Origin: Strigamia acuminata
Taxonomy: Eukaryota
NCBI GenBank assembly: GCA_949358305.1
Contig: OX442314.1
Location: 24,242,001-24,306,000, forward strand
Direction: 5' to 3'
DNA length: 64,000 nt
Every line of letters begins with the position of its first letter. Within the stretch, counting starts at the first letter, position 1. The notes below the pieces were generated by a model. That model did no database searches and had not been told where the DNA came from. It worked only from the letters and a program-made list of their open reading frames with translations. This document shows positions 60,946 through 64,000 of the stretch, in pieces. The position numbers and the translations under genes were made by a program.

Positions 60946-63900
60946 TTCATTCATGGACATACATTTCTAGATTTTTACGTGTACTGGGTTCCAAGGGGCC
61001 CTTTAGAATCTGGCCCTTCATTTTGCAGTGCCACTGCCCTCTTTTTTTAATAACCTTTTTATTCAAAAAAAAAATCCTCGCTTCCCTGCCCAATAAATCT
61101 CAAATTACAGAAATAGAAAACAGTAAACACGTATCAATAAATGTCCATTCGTACAATGAATAAAAAAAATAAGAGGTCGAATCGAAGCGAAGCGAAAATA
61201 AAAAGATGCATCACGAGAGTGTGTGTGGTTGTAATTCCCTTGAAACTCAATGATAAAGTGGAGCCTGCGGGCGGGTAGTGGGTTGTATCCGACCAACTCG
61301 ATCTTCCCTCAGTGAGCCATAAAATGAATGGTTGTTGTATTCAATAAGATGGCTTACCACATCGAACAAACACTGCATGGGGCATCGCTTCCTAAGCTCG
61401 CTTTAAGCTCTTGTTTAACCACAATTCGCCATTTGCCACCTTGCTTTTAATTTTCACCTAGTGTTGGCCATTTGTACAAAGATAAGCCTAAAACTAACTT
61501 TTTAAAGCCCATGGAATCCTCAATTCGTGACAGAACGTTCCCTGCACATTTTTTTCTTCCGTCTTCTTTTTAACCTTCGGCCATTTTGTCGTGACTCAAG
61601 CGGGCCTAATTCGAGGCTAATTGGCCAGTTGTTGCGCACCCCGTCTCATATCAAGTGTTTATTTATCCCGGAAATTGCAACGCAAATTTAGAATCATAAT
61701 TTAAGGTAATATCTTTCTTTTTTTTAAAAAAACTAAATTTGATCTCAATTTGAAACATCAAAAAAACCAAGTGATAAAAAAGTCAATTGAAATTTGACCT
61801 AAGTGAAAATAATCAATAATCAAAACCAAAATTATTTTCACAGCAAAAAAGAATTCGCTAACCCCAAAGTAGACCACAACGCCCATTTTTTATCCCTGTA
61901 ACTATTTCCTTTAACTCAATTCGAATGTCACTAAACCAGAGTTTTTATCTGTCTCTCCGGTGGTTTGATGTGTTGCAGGTGTATTGAATTGAGTGGTCAA
62001 GAAATGGCGGCCATCAGGTTGTTCAAGAGCTACATGTGTGTTTTATTATACATATTTTTACATAGGGGTAGTGACACTCGCAGGGGCGCACATCACAAAA
62101 TAACAGGAGACAAAATGCGCCCGAAAATTGGCCGCATTCGATCGTTCTTAAAGGCATAATAATTAAATAAACCTACATTTTTGTGTGTGCTTCCACCGCC
62201 GATCTATTCGATTACAAAATGGCGGCCCGGGAAAACGATTTGAAAACCACGAAAACCATGATTTTCTGGTTTTCATGAAAACGGTTTTCAGGAAAACCGA
62301 CTTCCGAAATGTGACGTCAAATGCGTCTACGTCCGGTGTGGGAAAACGGCGAAAACGGGGAAAACCATTTAGAATTGAACACACCTATTGATATTTTGCA
62401 GTATTGCCGATATCGATAATCGGCAACCGAATATCGGCCGATACCGATACCTGCACCGATATTAAAATTAAAATGTCCAAAAAACTTTTGGGGCCCCACT
62501 ACTAACTATTTTCCGAGGTCCCGCAAAACCTCCTATAGAAATGCCATAACGGCAAGTTTTCGGCTTCTTCCATAAATGCCACATACCATAACATTGGATC
62601 TCTATTCTCTATTGCAGTAGAATTGATTCAATTGGTGCTAAGACAGTTGCACCGATATCTTTTGAAAACCACAGAAAACTTAGTTAGTGGTGGGTGGCAT
62701 GTGCTGACGCTGTAGAAACAGTACCTTAAATCAAACAAGAATGAGAAACTAGAATTACCAGTATGTCAACGACAAACCCTTCATTTGCTCACTATAAACC
62801 ACGGATCACGAGATAGCCGTGTTGCCGACTTTTTCTTAAGCTTAACAAAGCAAAGGTGTTTAGAAGGAAATGTGTGACTTCCAAGAACTTTGACAATAAA
62901 AACAACATAAATTTCCAAACTTAAAGCATTAGTCTCGGCAAGAATGTGACTCGTAAGGGGCATATGGACATATTACCAAGACGTATCAACTCAGGAAAAG
63001 AGCTCCATGCAGCCCCAGAAGCCCACAACTAGCACTTAGGGCCCAAAAAAAGCTGCAAGAAGGCCCACACAGACCATAAATCAGCCTCCTAACAAGCATT
63101 TTATATCAAAAATTGCAACGAAATAATCAGACCCCGGTTGTCGTGGTCAGAAACCGAAAGGTCTCGGCTCGACCAGCAGAAAACAGACGCGCAAAATGTC
63201 AAAATTCCCAATCCTTTCCGTTGTATCTGACTCTGAATAAACTGTCACACGAGACCAGTATACCAATGGCAAGTGGCAACCATGAAAAAGGAGAAGAAAA
63301 AAACAAATGGTTCCGATGTTGCGAATTTCAACTTGATTTATGACAGTAAATCGCACAGATTTGCCAGGATGCGCAGGATTTACGCGTTTCTAGGTGCACA
63401 TTGACAGCGCCGCCACTCGGGCGGCTCGGCAAACTCACCCCACCTACCTCTCCTCGCGGCCAAACACGAAGTTAGTTTCAAACTTGTAATTTGCTCGACA
63501 TGTTTGCTTTCATTTTATTTCATTACGAACAAGAATTATTGGTGCGATTAGCGAGGCTCGAAAATTGCCCGGTCCATGGCCAGAGAGACTCGACAACATC
63601 CATTTCGATATATTTATTTCCCACATGGAAATTTAATTGAGCTCATTTCTAAACGAGAGAAAGAAAAAAAAAAGAAGGAAAAAAAATTACTTTTGATGTC
63701 TTGATTATGAATAAAATCGTGGCGTTTTAATGTGGGATTCGGGTCGTTGATTGAATGATAACTGACCACTTTGTAATTACACGTTTCGTAATAAATACTG
63801 AATTGAATGTTATCTAGACAAAACGGCACCACCTGTCCTCGGTTGTTTTGAAATTTACACTAGCATCAATGTTTTCGCTCGCAGCTCAAATTCCGAGATC

Positions 63901-64000
63901 AAAACAACGTGGGGTGATAAACAGTTTTGTATTTCGCCTTTTGGACAACGCGCAAGATGTGGTCTTGTGATTTTTTTCCTGGTTTTGTGTCACGTGATCC

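Overview
AT-rich eukaryotic (invertebrate, probably arthropod) genomic DNA with spliced genes; no prokaryotic or CRISPR signal. Main content: (1) a full-length BEL/Pao LTR retrotransposon (2204-8071) with apparently identical 363-bp LTRs, a CTCAT target-site duplication, a tRNA-Phe primer-binding site and one 1625-aa gag-pol ORF; (2) a four-exon G-alpha 12/13 (concertina-like) gene on the minus strand (13075-11245, 368 aa); (3) two tandem, same-strand, three-exon Unc-4/Uncx homeobox paralogs (13668-21989, 393 aa; 35650-49925, 332 aa). The first paralog is head-to-head with the G-alpha gene, with about 590 bp between start codons. The rest is non-coding: CpG-containing, enhancer-like islands alternate with MITEs and minisatellites. 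Most notable: the G-alpha12/13-Uncx-Uncx arrangement, an out-of-frame ATG exactly 7 nt upstream of the inferred start in both Uncx copies, a very recent LTR insertion with a clipped gag N-terminus, and a possible unrecognised minus-strand gene whose intron would host that element. All alignments and splice models were made by eye.
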